Assembly: GCA_036172245.1 (NCBI GenBank)
Contig: JAYWIR010000029.1
Span: 806,001 to 870,000 of the forward strand
Length of the DNA stretch: 64,000 nucleotides
DNA from: Raillietiella orientalis
Lineage: Eukaryota
Reading direction: 5' to 3'
Within the stretch, counting starts at the first letter, position 1, and each line of letters opens with the position of its first letter. A program made the position numbers and the translations under genes. Shown one piece after another: positions 11,697 to 23,400 of this stretch. The notes beneath the pieces are model-generated. The model ran no database searches. It saw only the letters and a list, made by a program, of their open reading frames with translations, and was not told the origin of the DNA.

Positions 11697-13167
11697 GTTC
11701 ACTCCTGTTCACTGCTTTGAAGAGAACCCCGAAGGGAAGCTTCCGAAACTCAGAAGGGGCTCTGCAGCTTCCCCCAGGGAATAGCTCTCGCTTGCTTCCT
11801 TGCACTCTGTGAAGAGGCGACGACTCGGAGGGTCCCCTCCGCAACAGGGGGGTCCGCTCCAATGAACAACTGGAGAGGTGCCCGTGAGGGTTCCTGCTCC
11901 ATGTTGAAACCAGAAGCCCCCCCCCGGGTGAGGGGGGTCTGCTCTCCGTTGTACGACCGGAGGGGGAACTTCCCACTCCTTGATTCCTGGAAGGACCCGA
12001 AGGTCGACCCCCATTGTTCCAGCCTTCATCAGGGACCTCTCTGCTTTATCCACCGCCAGTGCCACACCCGAATGTCTCGGCCAACCAGCGCCATTGCAGG
12101 AGAAACTCAGAACCCAACGACGCAGTGGCGTCAGTTTCTGCCGGAGTATTCGAACCCGCGACGCATGGTGCCACACACGGAAGCCTTAACCACAGGGCCT
12201 CCGACGCGGGCCTTGTGGTTAAGGCAAAATCGTGAAGCGTTCCACATTTTTACTCTTCACCAGCAGCTCAAGAAGACGGCTCGCCTCCGACGTAAGAGCA
12301 TTGCAGAGAGAACACGCATGGCAATCCCTCATGGAAAACCACGTTAGTCAAGTGAAGGCCATGAAGTGTGTGGGCATGCATCACTCTTCAAGCTTCTTCC
12401 ATACAAACAGAATCCACCTAAGATACCAAGACTACAAGTTCATCCATGCGGTAACACTGAACCTTCTGCCACTAAATGCTGGACCAACAAAGAAGGTTCA
12501 TGAAAGGATATGTCGGCGTTGCGGAACAGAGGACGAAACATTATCGCATGTGCTCAACAGATGCAAAAAGCACTCGCCTTTGACGACGCAGCGCCATGAT
12601 GCTATCCTGGAAATCATCAAGAAGACCGCAATAGAGGAAGCCAAGTGGACTCTGGTATCAAGCAATCGCAGAGTGCCAGGAACCACCTCCACTCTAAGAC
12701 CGGACCTAGTTTTAGAGAAAAGCGACTGAGTAGGTGTGCTGGACATCGCCTGCCTTTTTGAAAACGGAAAGGAGGAGTTCACCACATCTAGGAAAATAAA
12801 GGAAGCTAGATACCAGGATGTCGCTATGCAACTCGGAAACACTGGGAAAATAACTAAAGTAGCGATCCTTGTCGGCACACTTTGAGCATGGGATCCTGAA
12901 AACGACACCGTTCTACAATATATAGGAATTCCGAAAAAGAAGCTGATAAGGATATGGCAGCGGATGGTAGCCACCTGCATCCGCTTTTCAAGCAGCATTT
13001 ATGCAACGCATGTAAGAAGAAAAAATGCAGCCCAACCAGACGATCTGGACAATGCTCTCAACCCGGAAGAGAGCACCGAGGAACCGTGAAGAATCATCAT
13101 TCATTCATCTTCATTCTCCAGAGCCATTCCAGCAATGGTGATTGCAATAACCCAAACGCTCAATAAA
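11697..13167 (+). mobile_element. Defective non-LTR retrotransposon with a restriction-like endonuclease (NeSL/Utopia-like, R2 group); RT domain missing
   Basis: The reading from about 12000-13015 contains QVKAMKC..HSSSFF....LRYQDYKFIHAVTLNLLPLN, a CCHC knuckle (CRRC...ETLSHVLNRC), RHDAIL, LRPDLVL....DIACLFEN....K...Y, and ILVGTL*AWDPEND....CIRFSSSIYATH. It has in-frame stops and frameshifts, ends in AATAAA and is flanked by the direct repeats. Confidence 0.88.
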
Positions 13168-13326
13168 ATCATTATGTGGTTTCAGTAATGCAACATCCCC
13201 AATTATTTTTCTTATACTTAGGTTGAACATCTATTAAAAATGATTCTAGCGTTGTCATTCTGGAAGAAAATACTCCACTATTTGTTTTTTTCTCTTAAAC
13301 AAGTTTCGTCGTGCTCTTCATCTACT

Positions 13327-13362
13327 GATTTCATCTCTATCTCGTCGGATAGAGATGAAATC
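13327..13362. repeat. Perfect inverted repeat, 15-bp arms, 6-nt loop
   Basis: GATTTCATCTCTATC-TCGTCG-GATAGAGATGAAATC. Confidence 0.9.
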
Positions 13363-14039
13363 TATGGATAAAAATTCCTAATAGCAAATATTTCAGAATG
13401 TAATCTACTGATTTCCTATTTAAAATGACTTATTGATAAGGAAATTTCAGTTTGGTATTCTTGATAATGAGCTGTATTGAATAACTCTATAACCTATTAA
13501 ATTAATGACAGATTTTTATACAATGAGCGAATGAATACACAAAAATAGAGTTGCTTTAACTTTTTTAATGCTTTTACATGAATGAGCAGAATAGCACTTT
13601 CAAAACTGTATGGGAAACAATGCGTTACAAAAGCACTTTAAAAAGTTTTCAAAAAGCTTCGAAGAGAATTAAGATACTAGAACATTTAAGCGGAGGCAGT
13701 ATCCCAGCTGATGAGGTTTCAGAGTTGCGATTATTGCTAGTTGAAAAGTTCCCCCAATGCCCTGCTTAATCATCGTCAAATATTGCTTCCACAGAAATTT
13801 TTGCATGCCGGGCAATTAATGCAATTCATAGTTTAAAAGCAGGCTCTCCTACTCAGTGAAATTAACAGCCATCCCTACACTGTTCAGTGCACATGACAGT
13901 GTCTGTTCAGTGCCTTATGATCAACTGACTGACATCATTGGACAACTCAGTACAAGAATAGAATGCGCGGCCCAAGAAAGAGCAGTCACGGCGACGTGGA
14001 AAGTGACCTTCTAACAGGTAGTGGTGTCTTTGACAACCA

Positions 14040-14659
14040 TTATGCGAATCGTCACCATGATGAAGGAAATTATAAAACTAGGAAGGAGATGAGAATAAAA
14101 AGTATTGATGAATCCATCCACAAAATGGAGCGACAAACATTTATCGTCATCTTTCCAGTGCGAACCATCAGGAACACAATGTTACCGAGATATCTTGAGC
14201 TCCACAGCTAGACCATAAAGGCACCTGTGGATTTGGGGTTTCGGTATACATCGAAGGTGAAATGTTCGTCAACGGCTTCTCCATGTTTGGCATCGAGCTA
14301 AACGGAAACACAAAAAGGGGCTTCATGAAAGGCGGTACGACGGCCTTGGATCTGCAGGATCTGTCTGACGCGTTCAAGGCAACGTGGAAAAGCGCAACCC
14401 AATAGGGATAGGTATGAAGAACTTGGTAGAAAGCATGCACGCGGGAGGAGCATTTTCGAAGATCAAGCTTGGCAGCCACGATGCCAATTCAGATCCTTCT
14501 CGACATAATGCAAGCACGTAACGACATTAGCCTGATTTCTGTAGGTTGTGCATGCCTGGCCATAGAATGGCTGCATGTCCCATAGTTCGATGTAGAAAGT
14601 GTAGGAAGAAAGGCCACATGGAAGAATTCTGCTCTCCGTTGGAAAACTGTTACTTATAA
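14040..14659 (+). mobile_element. Decayed ORF1 (gag-like) of an L1/Tx1-type LINE
   Basis: 14531-14659 translates as PDFCRLCMPGHRMAACPIVRCRKCRKKGHMEEFC, which is two tandem CCHC zinc knuckles. It is preceded by broken RRM-like segments (QTFIVIF, VSVYIEGEMFVNGFSMFG). It is not in the ORF track because of stops. Confidence 0.6.
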
Positions 14660-15907
14660 CGAGCTGCAAGATACAGCAAGAAGGATTGCAAGGAGTACCA
14701 GATTCGGAACGCAAATGGAAGGAAACTTTTTCAGCTCCTAGAATTCTAGTCATAAGTAGAATCCACTAAGTATAAGAAAACGAAGCAGAGGAAACATGCA
14801 GTGGGAATAGGAAAAAAAAAGAGAGAACGAAAACGTGCCCTCCGGAAAACCAAGTGAGAAACTAATTGAGAAGCAGGGAGAGACGACTGAGGAAGAACTC
14901 CTAACAAGCAACAAAGGCACAGCGAACAAGCATAACAGTTTTATATAAATGACATAAAACTCGTCTCATCAGCAAAGCAATCCTGAGTATTCTGAGAAAA
15001 AAGGATTAAGAAAATAAAAGAGAAACTATGCGAGCCACTTTTTTAGAGGAAAAGAGGATTATTTGTTATTAGAGGAAAAGTTTACACAAATGTTTTCTGA
15101 AGGCACGAAGACAATTTAAAGCAACATGAGGAATGCTGTTTAAATCTCCAGAGACTGCAATGCTCCCCCTATGGACGGAACATTATATAAGAAGAACGAA
15201 AGCACATGTAGTAACATTGGAAAATGTCGAGGAAATTCATTATGGAGATTTACTGAAGCACTGCCTACCTGGATTGGAAATGGAGCTAGCAAAAAAGCAA
15301 TAAAGCAGAATCATCAAATACGGAATAGGAGATAACCCAAAGGCAGAGGTAAAGAATTCCCGAAAAGAAAACGGGCACACAAAAACAGACCACGGGAGCA
15401 CTAAGTTAATTACAAACATTGATTGTTTTGTCTGTTTGTATGTATCTTTAGATGTTAAGAAACAAACATACCATTTGGCGGACTGCTGTCGGCTATTTGG
15501 TTTGCATCAAAAATGAATCAAACAGTTCAAATAATTAAGTTGTTAACTGTAAAACTCTTAAGAGTGGGGAAAAGAGTTAGCATTTTTAGGTAGATGAGCT
15601 TAGTTGCAGAATGAAATGCAACACTTATTATTTAAAACGGTAGAATAAATGATATAATTGAGTTCTACAAATTCTAGATCTCAAATGCATCCATATGCTG
15701 GATTTCCATTTTCTCCAAAGGTATCCATGTCTTCATGACATCCTGGAGCCACGATTTTGAATTCGAATAGAAAATTCCCTTTATGAATTCTCTTTATTCG
15801 GTCTGTAGGCGGATTTTTGGAGAAAAGCAAATTTCTTGAAATTCATCGATTGCATGCGAAATGAAATCGTGCTAAGCTGTGAGAAGGAAGCCGAATCTAA
15901 ATTGGAA

Positions 15908-18271
15908 ATGAGTAATAGAATTAAGAAAATAATTCATTTTTTGAATGCAGATCCATTTAACAAGGCTTATCCTGTTGTTACCTTTAGTCAGTTAACTTCA
16001 GATCAACTGTATAAGGTATCAAACTTTAATATTTGTGATAAAGTTTGCAATGTATTTTTGAACATAAAGCTTTTAAAAAACAGATCAATGAAATGTCAGT
16101 ACCATTCGATTTCTAAAATCCAGAGCAAAATTAACACAGTAATTGGAAACTTCAAGAGTTGATATTTTTGGCTTTGTTAACTTAAGCAAATTTGCTTCTA
16201 GTCATCCTAATTAATGTATTAATTGACTTACCATGTAGCTCCTAATCGAAGTTTTAAGTTACATTGTTTCGAAACCAATTGCACTTCATCAGAGAAACCC
16301 TGAAGCAGTTTTTGAGGAAGTGTTATCCTGTCTTCAGATAATAAAGTATAAGCCACCCGAGGATATCAAGTAAGTTCTCATTTCATGATTTGAATAGTTT
16401 ATGTTGCATTAACAGAAATTTCCAGAAGCTCCTCAAAGACCAAGATCCATATCTGTTTCACCAGATTTTGGAATGGATATCAGAAAGGTTTATTACCCTT
16501 CAAAAGAGAGCATATCTTGCCAAATTTCTGACCAACCACGACATTCCTGTAGATTTCATGGGAGACAGGGACATCCAAAGTCTAATTAAGGAGGTAAAGA
16601 ATTTAGGATCTGGTATGAATAGCATAAAATTTGGTATAGCTTGAAGAACTACGTCAAGAGTTTATTTCTGTGCATAAGGAATGTGATACATACCGGAAGC
16701 AGCATCTAGAAGTTCAGGAACAGCGGAAAGATTTGCGTTTGATGGAAGAAGAAAAAGAAACCATTAAGACTCGAATTTCTGATCTCAAATCAAAGGTAGG
16801 GCCATTCATTTTATCCAATTTTTTGCACAGGCTGTCAGATTAAGGGCACACCCCATCTGCAAGTACTGCAGGATATTATTAAGAAACAATATCAAGCTGA
16901 TAAAAGACAGCAACACATTGGGCAACAGCAGCAAAAGTTACAGTGCAGTTTAAAAGAAGGGTCATATAAACTGAAACGGTTGCAAGGAACCTTGGAAGCT
17001 CTTTGCAAATCTAAGCAGTGCATGACTGCAGATTGTGAGAACAGAATGCAAGAGTGATCAAACACTTAGTTTTTTAGCTGTAGTGCAACAACTTCAGGAT
17101 GAGGTTGGTGTATTGCAATACATCATTAATGATAAACTTCCCAGAGATATTACTCTCAAAGAACAACGTGTAGCTACTTTACAGCAGATTGCATCACTTC
17201 CACATCCTACTGATGAGGATCTACAGGAGCTGAAAAAAGAGGTCAGACTTGTCAGCACTATTTCGTATGCGTATATGTCAACTTTAGAATGCTACATTGA
17301 ATGCTTTAATTGCTGAACTGAAAGAGAAGAAAGCAGCTGCCATTCCAGAGGATAATGATCTTGTTCTGTTGAGACAGCAAGCTGTTATATTATCTCACAA
17401 GAAAGAATCTAAAGCAGAAGTGTTGGCAGACTACCAAAGTGATTTACAACTTCTTCAAGAAGAAATAGGGTTAAACAGTAGTCAGTCTATGGATGAGAGA
17501 CCAAAGGATTCATCCATGATGAGTAGTAGTTTGCAGGGTAAAAGTGCCAATAAAGTGCAGTTGATGGAGGATGTGCTACAATTGGTGGATGAGTTGCAAT
17601 CTGAGATATTACATAAAAAGACTGCTCTGGCACCGTTATTAGAAGGTATTTTGGAAAAAGTGCCTTTTCTTAAATTGCCTTCAAATGCATTAGAAGTGCA
17701 GCATCTACGTCATGAATGTAAAGTTCTGGAAGACAGGCATCTGGATGCTGGTACATCTCAATGTATTTCTAAGGATGGGAACAGCACATTGCAGCAGGTT
17801 TGCAAGTGCAAAATGAGTAGGATTGACCATGAGAATAGCAGATGCAACAACTTAAATCAGCCCAATTCCACCTTCAGTGTGAGTTGAAAATTCTCAGGGC
17901 TCAGTTACAGTGTGCTCATTCAGAAATGTACATGCGTTTTGAGAATCAAAATCAAAATGGTAAATCATTGAGGTAAGAAGGTCACATTAATATCAATGGT
18001 TATGTTAACTCTCAGAGAGGAGTATTTAATGAACATTGGCAAGGTTGAACAAATCTGTCAACATTTAAGAGAGCAACAACAAACAGAACCCATCTGTAAC
18101 CAACAGAGATCCCATTGGATGGCTTTGCATAGGTAATCTACCCACTTATCTTTGCAAGTTGTGAAATTATTGCTCAGGCTGCTGGAAGGCAAGTTACAAT
18201 GCTTGAAGGAATTCCAGAAATCTAGTGGTCAGCTGATTTGTCAGCCTACAGCTGAGACTCTTGTGCTATGA
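15908..18271 (+). CDS. IFT81: Intraflagellar transport protein 81 homolog, about 578 aa, 11 exons
   Basis: Exons: 15908-16015, 16239-16369, 16416-16593, 16640-16795, 16839-17034, 17078-17241, 17288-17645, 17694-17797, 17842-17972, 18016-18132, 18178-18271. All introns are GT-AG and the frame is preserved (1737 nt including the stop). Recognisable IFT81 blocks: MSNRIKKIIHFLNADPFNK, LQIIKYKPP, LQKRAYLAKFL, LLRQQAVILSHKKESKAE, KKTALAPLLEE, and C-terminal LLEGKLQC...ETLVL. Confidence 0.92.
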
Positions 18272-19989
18272 AGGGTACAGAGTTCTTTACTGAGAACTTT
18301 TCTTTCCTTGTTGCATCAGCATATCCTCTCATTTGTGTTTCTTAATATGTAGCTCACCAGTCAAAACAAACCTTGAACCAAAGTAATTTTATTTCTTTCT
18401 TTTGCTACATTGTAGACTTAATTGTTTGTTGCAAACGAACGTTATGCTCAGGATTCTTGATATATTGTACTCACTTGCCCAGTGATGGCATAATCAGCAG
18501 CATTTCTCCCTGCAACTACTAATTATCCTCGAAAGTTTACAATTGTTAATTGACAAAAACTTTGATAAAGAGCCCCCATGATTTCTTATTTGGAGTAATT
18601 TTGGCAATTCATGTGGGTATCCTTACAGTTGTTGAGTTATAATGAGAGTTGTGCCTGTTACTTTTCGGACATTGATTTAGAATCAACTTTGCGTGCACTC
18701 TTTAATGTTTGTTCAGGTAGCATTTAAATGCTCCACATAATGTACCGAAGCAATATTGTGAATGAAAAATGTTACAGACAGTTTCCTAACAATTTCTTTC
18801 TTTTATTGTTATATTTTAGAGAATTTAGTTCTTATATGCAAGCAAAGTTATGGCAACTGTTCATAGTACATCATCGTAAACTTAATGAGTGCGCTTAGCT
18901 TGGTAAGATGGTAGGTTTGAAGCTATTACTAAGAATAAAAAGAAGTTCCATATTGAACCTCTGAATTTACTATATGGGAGCGCAATGGTAAAGTATTTCT
19001 GCACGAAACCTTTGTATCCCTTCGTAAGCAGTTAAACCCACAAACAATAGCTAATGTACGATTCGTTATACGTTAAACGATTTCCTAATACGGAATCGAA
19101 CTTGAAAAACACAAATGATTTTTACGTACGTATGCTTGTGCCGATGAAAAGTATGCTGCTCATCCATGTGTAAATCTTCACCTATTCAAGTGTATGCAGA
19201 AAGGGAATTATTCAATAAAGACATATCTGAAACAACTTCAGCTTTTCCATTTGCATATGAGACACGAGGGTATCGCTTCATTCGTGCAAGTTCTCTTGCA
19301 TCCGAGTAGACAAAAGTGCCTGAGGAAAATCATCTCTTATTTTGCAAATGTGTAGGTATTTAGTCATGTGCTTCCGATCGACTGTAGCATCCGAATAAGA
19401 TAAGTGTTTTTTCCATTCCTTGAAGCACTGTGAGAAGGAATGCACGATTTCTGAGAAAGGAACCCGTGCACTATGGGAACTCTTTCAGCCATCTAGCTGA
19501 ATACCTTTTGCATTGCCGGAAGCTCACCCATGTAAGTGTTTCGACAGCGTCATCCTTTCCATCCACGGTCTTGTGTGATCTCTGCGAGCCCTCACGAAGA
19601 AGGAAAAATGCAGCAGTCGCAGCAGTGTGGATGTCGTGTTAGGGCCTATTCTAGCAGCACTGTTTTCTCTTCTCAGTTGTCACTTGCTTTCATCGAGTGC
19701 TGGAAGAAGAAACTCGAGGAAGATAAATTTGTGGGAGGCGATGGCAATTTTACTGGTTCTTGGCCGTCCAGTCGGCTGGTCAGGAAAGCATTGGTGTAAA
19801 AATACTTCATCGTGAAGTCTCACCTGAAAAGAAAAAGCCAATTTTGCTTCACATTTCCTCGGTGGCAAGCACGCCGTAGATGTCGGGGGAGTTGTAATCA
19901 TATTCGTTTGTACAGTTCATCCAATAGATGGGATTGCATAAAAGGAAGGGTCGTGGTCTTCCCGCTCCTAAACGTCCGCTCTACACGAC

Positions 19990-20400
19990 CTATAGGTTCC
20001 TCATGTGTCGTGACTGCTGGATGCTTGAGGCAACCATCAAGAGTTTCCTTTTCTCCAGGTATACCCCGTTGGATCTCCAGTTCTCGCATAATTTCATTTC
20101 GAGGGTTCTAAGACCCCGTGGAGCCAACTACTACGGCTCTCACTTCTTCCTGACCACCGGTGGTTGATAGGGAGGCAGTGATGTCCATGTGTTTAGTCCC
20201 TTTTTTCTCAAGAGAACTTCTGAACGCGAAGTTGACTATCCGTTCGAGAGGTGTCCGTCAATATCGAAAGGATCGTCAACGTCCACGATGATCCCCTTGC
20301 GAAGCACCAGGTCAGGACAGAGATGGCAGTTCCTATACGATAAGTCTGCTGCACTATTAGCAAGAATGGATTGGATTGTGGGAAAACACTCGAAACAGTG
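19990..20400 (-). mobile_element. Second, older NeSL/Utopia-like RLE fragment
   Basis: The minus strand reads across frameshifts as HCFECF...LCPDLVLRKGIIVDVDDPFD / KKGTKH...VRAVVVGSTGS*NPRNE / YLEKRKLLMVASSIQQSRH. The motifs are in the same order as in the 12-13 kb element. Confidence 0.7.
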
Positions 20401-23400
20401 ATTACCGATTGGCGATTACCTTAAACTGGAATTGGAACGGTGGAACTGACATATCGGAATGATTAACCGGCGTTCTTCTCAGCCGCATCGTTAGAATCGT
20501 TAGTTGATGTGTGCATCATTCATATGGTCCAAGAATCGACAGATTTTTCTATATTAATGCAATCTTTTCGATTTCAGCAATGTTTGTTTATTCTTTATAT
20601 TACTCCCAGGTCGGTGTAATGCACATGTTACTTTAATGTTTAAAGATTAATGATGTGACTGAGGTGAGTACAACCTTTCTCATTCTTATGCTTGTTTTGC
20701 TCATCTGTCTCCATCTTGTTTTTAAGATACAACAAATGAACAGACTGTTGGGCATTGAAGATCAGTAATCTACTGCGAACGATACGGCTACCTAGATTCC
20801 CAACAGTGATCGGCTACACTCAGGAACAGAGCAACAGGTAGATGCCATGAGTTCCTGGGTCACAGTTACGACCTTCATTTGCTGGTTATAATCTTCTTTC
20901 AAGCTCATATTCCAGTATTGGAAATCCATGGATATGTTTGTCATGTTAACTTTAGCTGGTGGGCAGCATTATTGACCTAGATGATGATGAAGACCTCGGA
21001 AAATCAATACATTGCCGCGAGAACCTTTGGTTTCATGACCTACGCCTTTGTTTTTGACCCAAATTCAAGGTGGTGAGGAACCTTTCATCTGTATCTCCGT
21101 GAAATCTACAGGTAGGAGATTAGAACGATGCTAAATTACAAAAAAAAAAAAAAAAAACCGTTTTGTAGTGTCAACTCTGCCTGTGATCTGATACTGTAGT
21201 CAATCGAATTGAATGCCGAAGATGCTGGTGGATGGTTGCGAAGATGCTTATTGAGAAAGTTGGTCAGGAAATTCTGACTGAAGTTTGAAAAGCCTTTGGT
21301 AGAGACGAGAAAGTTCTGCAGAACCTTGCAAATACTGTTAGAATATCGAGATCAAGAACTGTCTACTATAAGTCTGAGCTGATTTTCGAATCTTTGAGAT
21401 AAATCCATCCTTGACGCAGATAAGACGAGAAGGAAAAGTTACAGAGATTTATCCTCAAAAGAGAAGAATGAAAAGGCAGTGACGATGAATTTTCTTAAAT
21501 GGAACATGCAGTTCTTTATTCCATGATGAAAGTATTTTTTTCTAAAAAAAAAAGCGCCCAGGAGAGGAACTGTTTATGGCTACACTGGAACACAGCGGTA
21601 CTTGACACACGCAAAAGCAGCATCCTTTAGTATGTTTTCAACGACTCCAGATCACCAAAATGCAGCTTGAAAAGCTTGAAAGAGGGTGCAAAATGATTTT
21701 CGACCATAGTAGGAGGCGTTTCACTCCATAACTGAATATTTCAAACTACAATTACATCATGCAACAGGATCACTGAATAATAAATGAAATGCATCTTGGT
21801 AATGCACAGATTATCTCCGATTATTGCTTTTGATATACAGTGAGCCTTTGTTGCAATTGTGGTTCATAGAGATCTCTATCATATCAGAGCAATCATGGAT
21901 TCGGACAATCCAAGGTCCCAAAGGATTATTAGGAGCTTGTGTGCATGATAAAGGCGTTAGTATGAATCCGAGTGTCTGCTCGATTCGAATCAGCAGACTA
22001 GGGAAAAGTTTGAGAAGGAAGAAATGAACAAACGATGTTTGATATGATCATTTATAGCCACATGGCGAGAGATCAGTGGCTGTGGCCAATTCGAAAATTT
22101 TAAGAAAGCATGCATGTCCAATATTCTTTCTGGGCATATACTGAAGTAAGGATCACGCAGTATAACATTATCTTAGATGATACATTATTGAAATATCGTA
22201 ATGTTCCATTTGGGCTTGTATACCGAATAATGAGAATTCCGGTTTGTACGATGTCATCTGTTCTCAGAATGGTATTTTTGCTCCGCACAAGAAAAACACT
22301 GCACAGGCTATAAGATATTTTGGCGCAATCCGCTTGCAGTCAGTATTACCAAACTGATCGGACGTACCTTGATGTGTGCACCGCAAAAGAGCTCATAGAA
22401 AATAATGATTTGAAAATAACCTCGAAATTATTCTGCCACTGTAAACAAATTCCAATTCAGTTACGTATAATACAAACGACCCAATTCCCAAACAATATTC
22501 GGAATCCTGGAAATGAGTTCGAATTACGACCATAAGGTTTCCTGTTTATATTCACCATCAGGTATTCTAGGGAGCGATTCACGCAAAAGTTCAAAGAACT
22601 CAAAAGATCTCTTGAAAACGTGTTTAATTTCGTATTTGGTATGAAATTGGTTTTCCAGAGCAGAAATACAAAAATGACAACAACAGCAACGACGAGAACG
22701 AGAACATTGGATTAAATCGAAGAAATTGTAAGTCATTTTTTAAATACATGAAAGAGAGGGCAAACACGACGATGGAAGACACAAGAGTGACAGTGCAAAT
22801 TTTCTCGTTATGAAGCATGTTTGTGATCACTAATTATGTGAATTTTTCACTGAGAACCCAACTGTCCAAGTGTCGTCACTTGTTGGGAGCACACATGGAC
22901 TGTTATCATGCGATTTTGCAAGAAGACCTAAGAAACAAACTGAAGAAACAAAACAAAACGAAACACAAACGAAAGGAAAGGGAAAACACAGAAGATTCGC
23001 TAACCATCTCAAGGCAACGATCATACACTATAAGGTTCATATCTATATCACGAGAGGTCAGGATAATATCAATTAACACCGGATAATATCGAGATCAGGA
23101 TAAAATCAAGATCTCTTTGGATATCCTGCTGTTTTATGTCAGGTTCCCTACTCCTTTGTTTTATTTCCCAAGTTGAAGCAAATAAAATCTCAACACCATC
23201 AACAAACACGATTAAAAGTAATAAAGAAAAAATTGCGTATGCAAAGAAACAAGGACGTGTACTATCATACATCAAGGCGTCTATTTAGGTGTTTTCTACA
23301 TTTACTTATTTTGAGTGAGAGGTTTCAAAAAATTTTTCACTCACAAGACAGTTATTTTATCATTTAGTTTGCTTCAACTTTGAATCAAAGTCCTTCGTCG

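Noticed and set aside
11717..11775. Hammerhead-like TTGAAGAG...CCGAAAC in the retroelement leader
   Set aside because: The core starts with T rather than C, stem II closure is imperfect, and no stem I/III with an NUH site can be built.
11980..11996. GATTCCTGGAAGGA similar to the minus strand near 44462-44478 (LDSWKD in two ORFs)
   Set aside because: The match is only about 14-16 nt with mismatches and does not extend, so it is compatible with chance.
12727..12885. In-frame TGA codons suggesting recoding or an alternative genetic code
   Set aside because: Arl8 and IFT81 both terminate at TGA and use TGG for Trp. The TGAs lie in decayed elements that also have frameshifts.
15836..16162. ORF-track start at 15836 and read-through to 16162 for IFT81
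   Set aside because: Homology begins at ATG 15908. The part after 16015 is intron 1.
18450..18750. Possible LINE RT relic on the minus strand (AKITPNKK, IMPSLGK)
   Set aside because: Only two short degenerate motifs, too weak to call.
22524..23275. Two short minus-strand ORFs with signal-peptide-like hydrophobic stretches
   Set aside because: The hydrophobicity can arise from T-rich DNA. I found no consistent splice structure or recognisable mature peptide.
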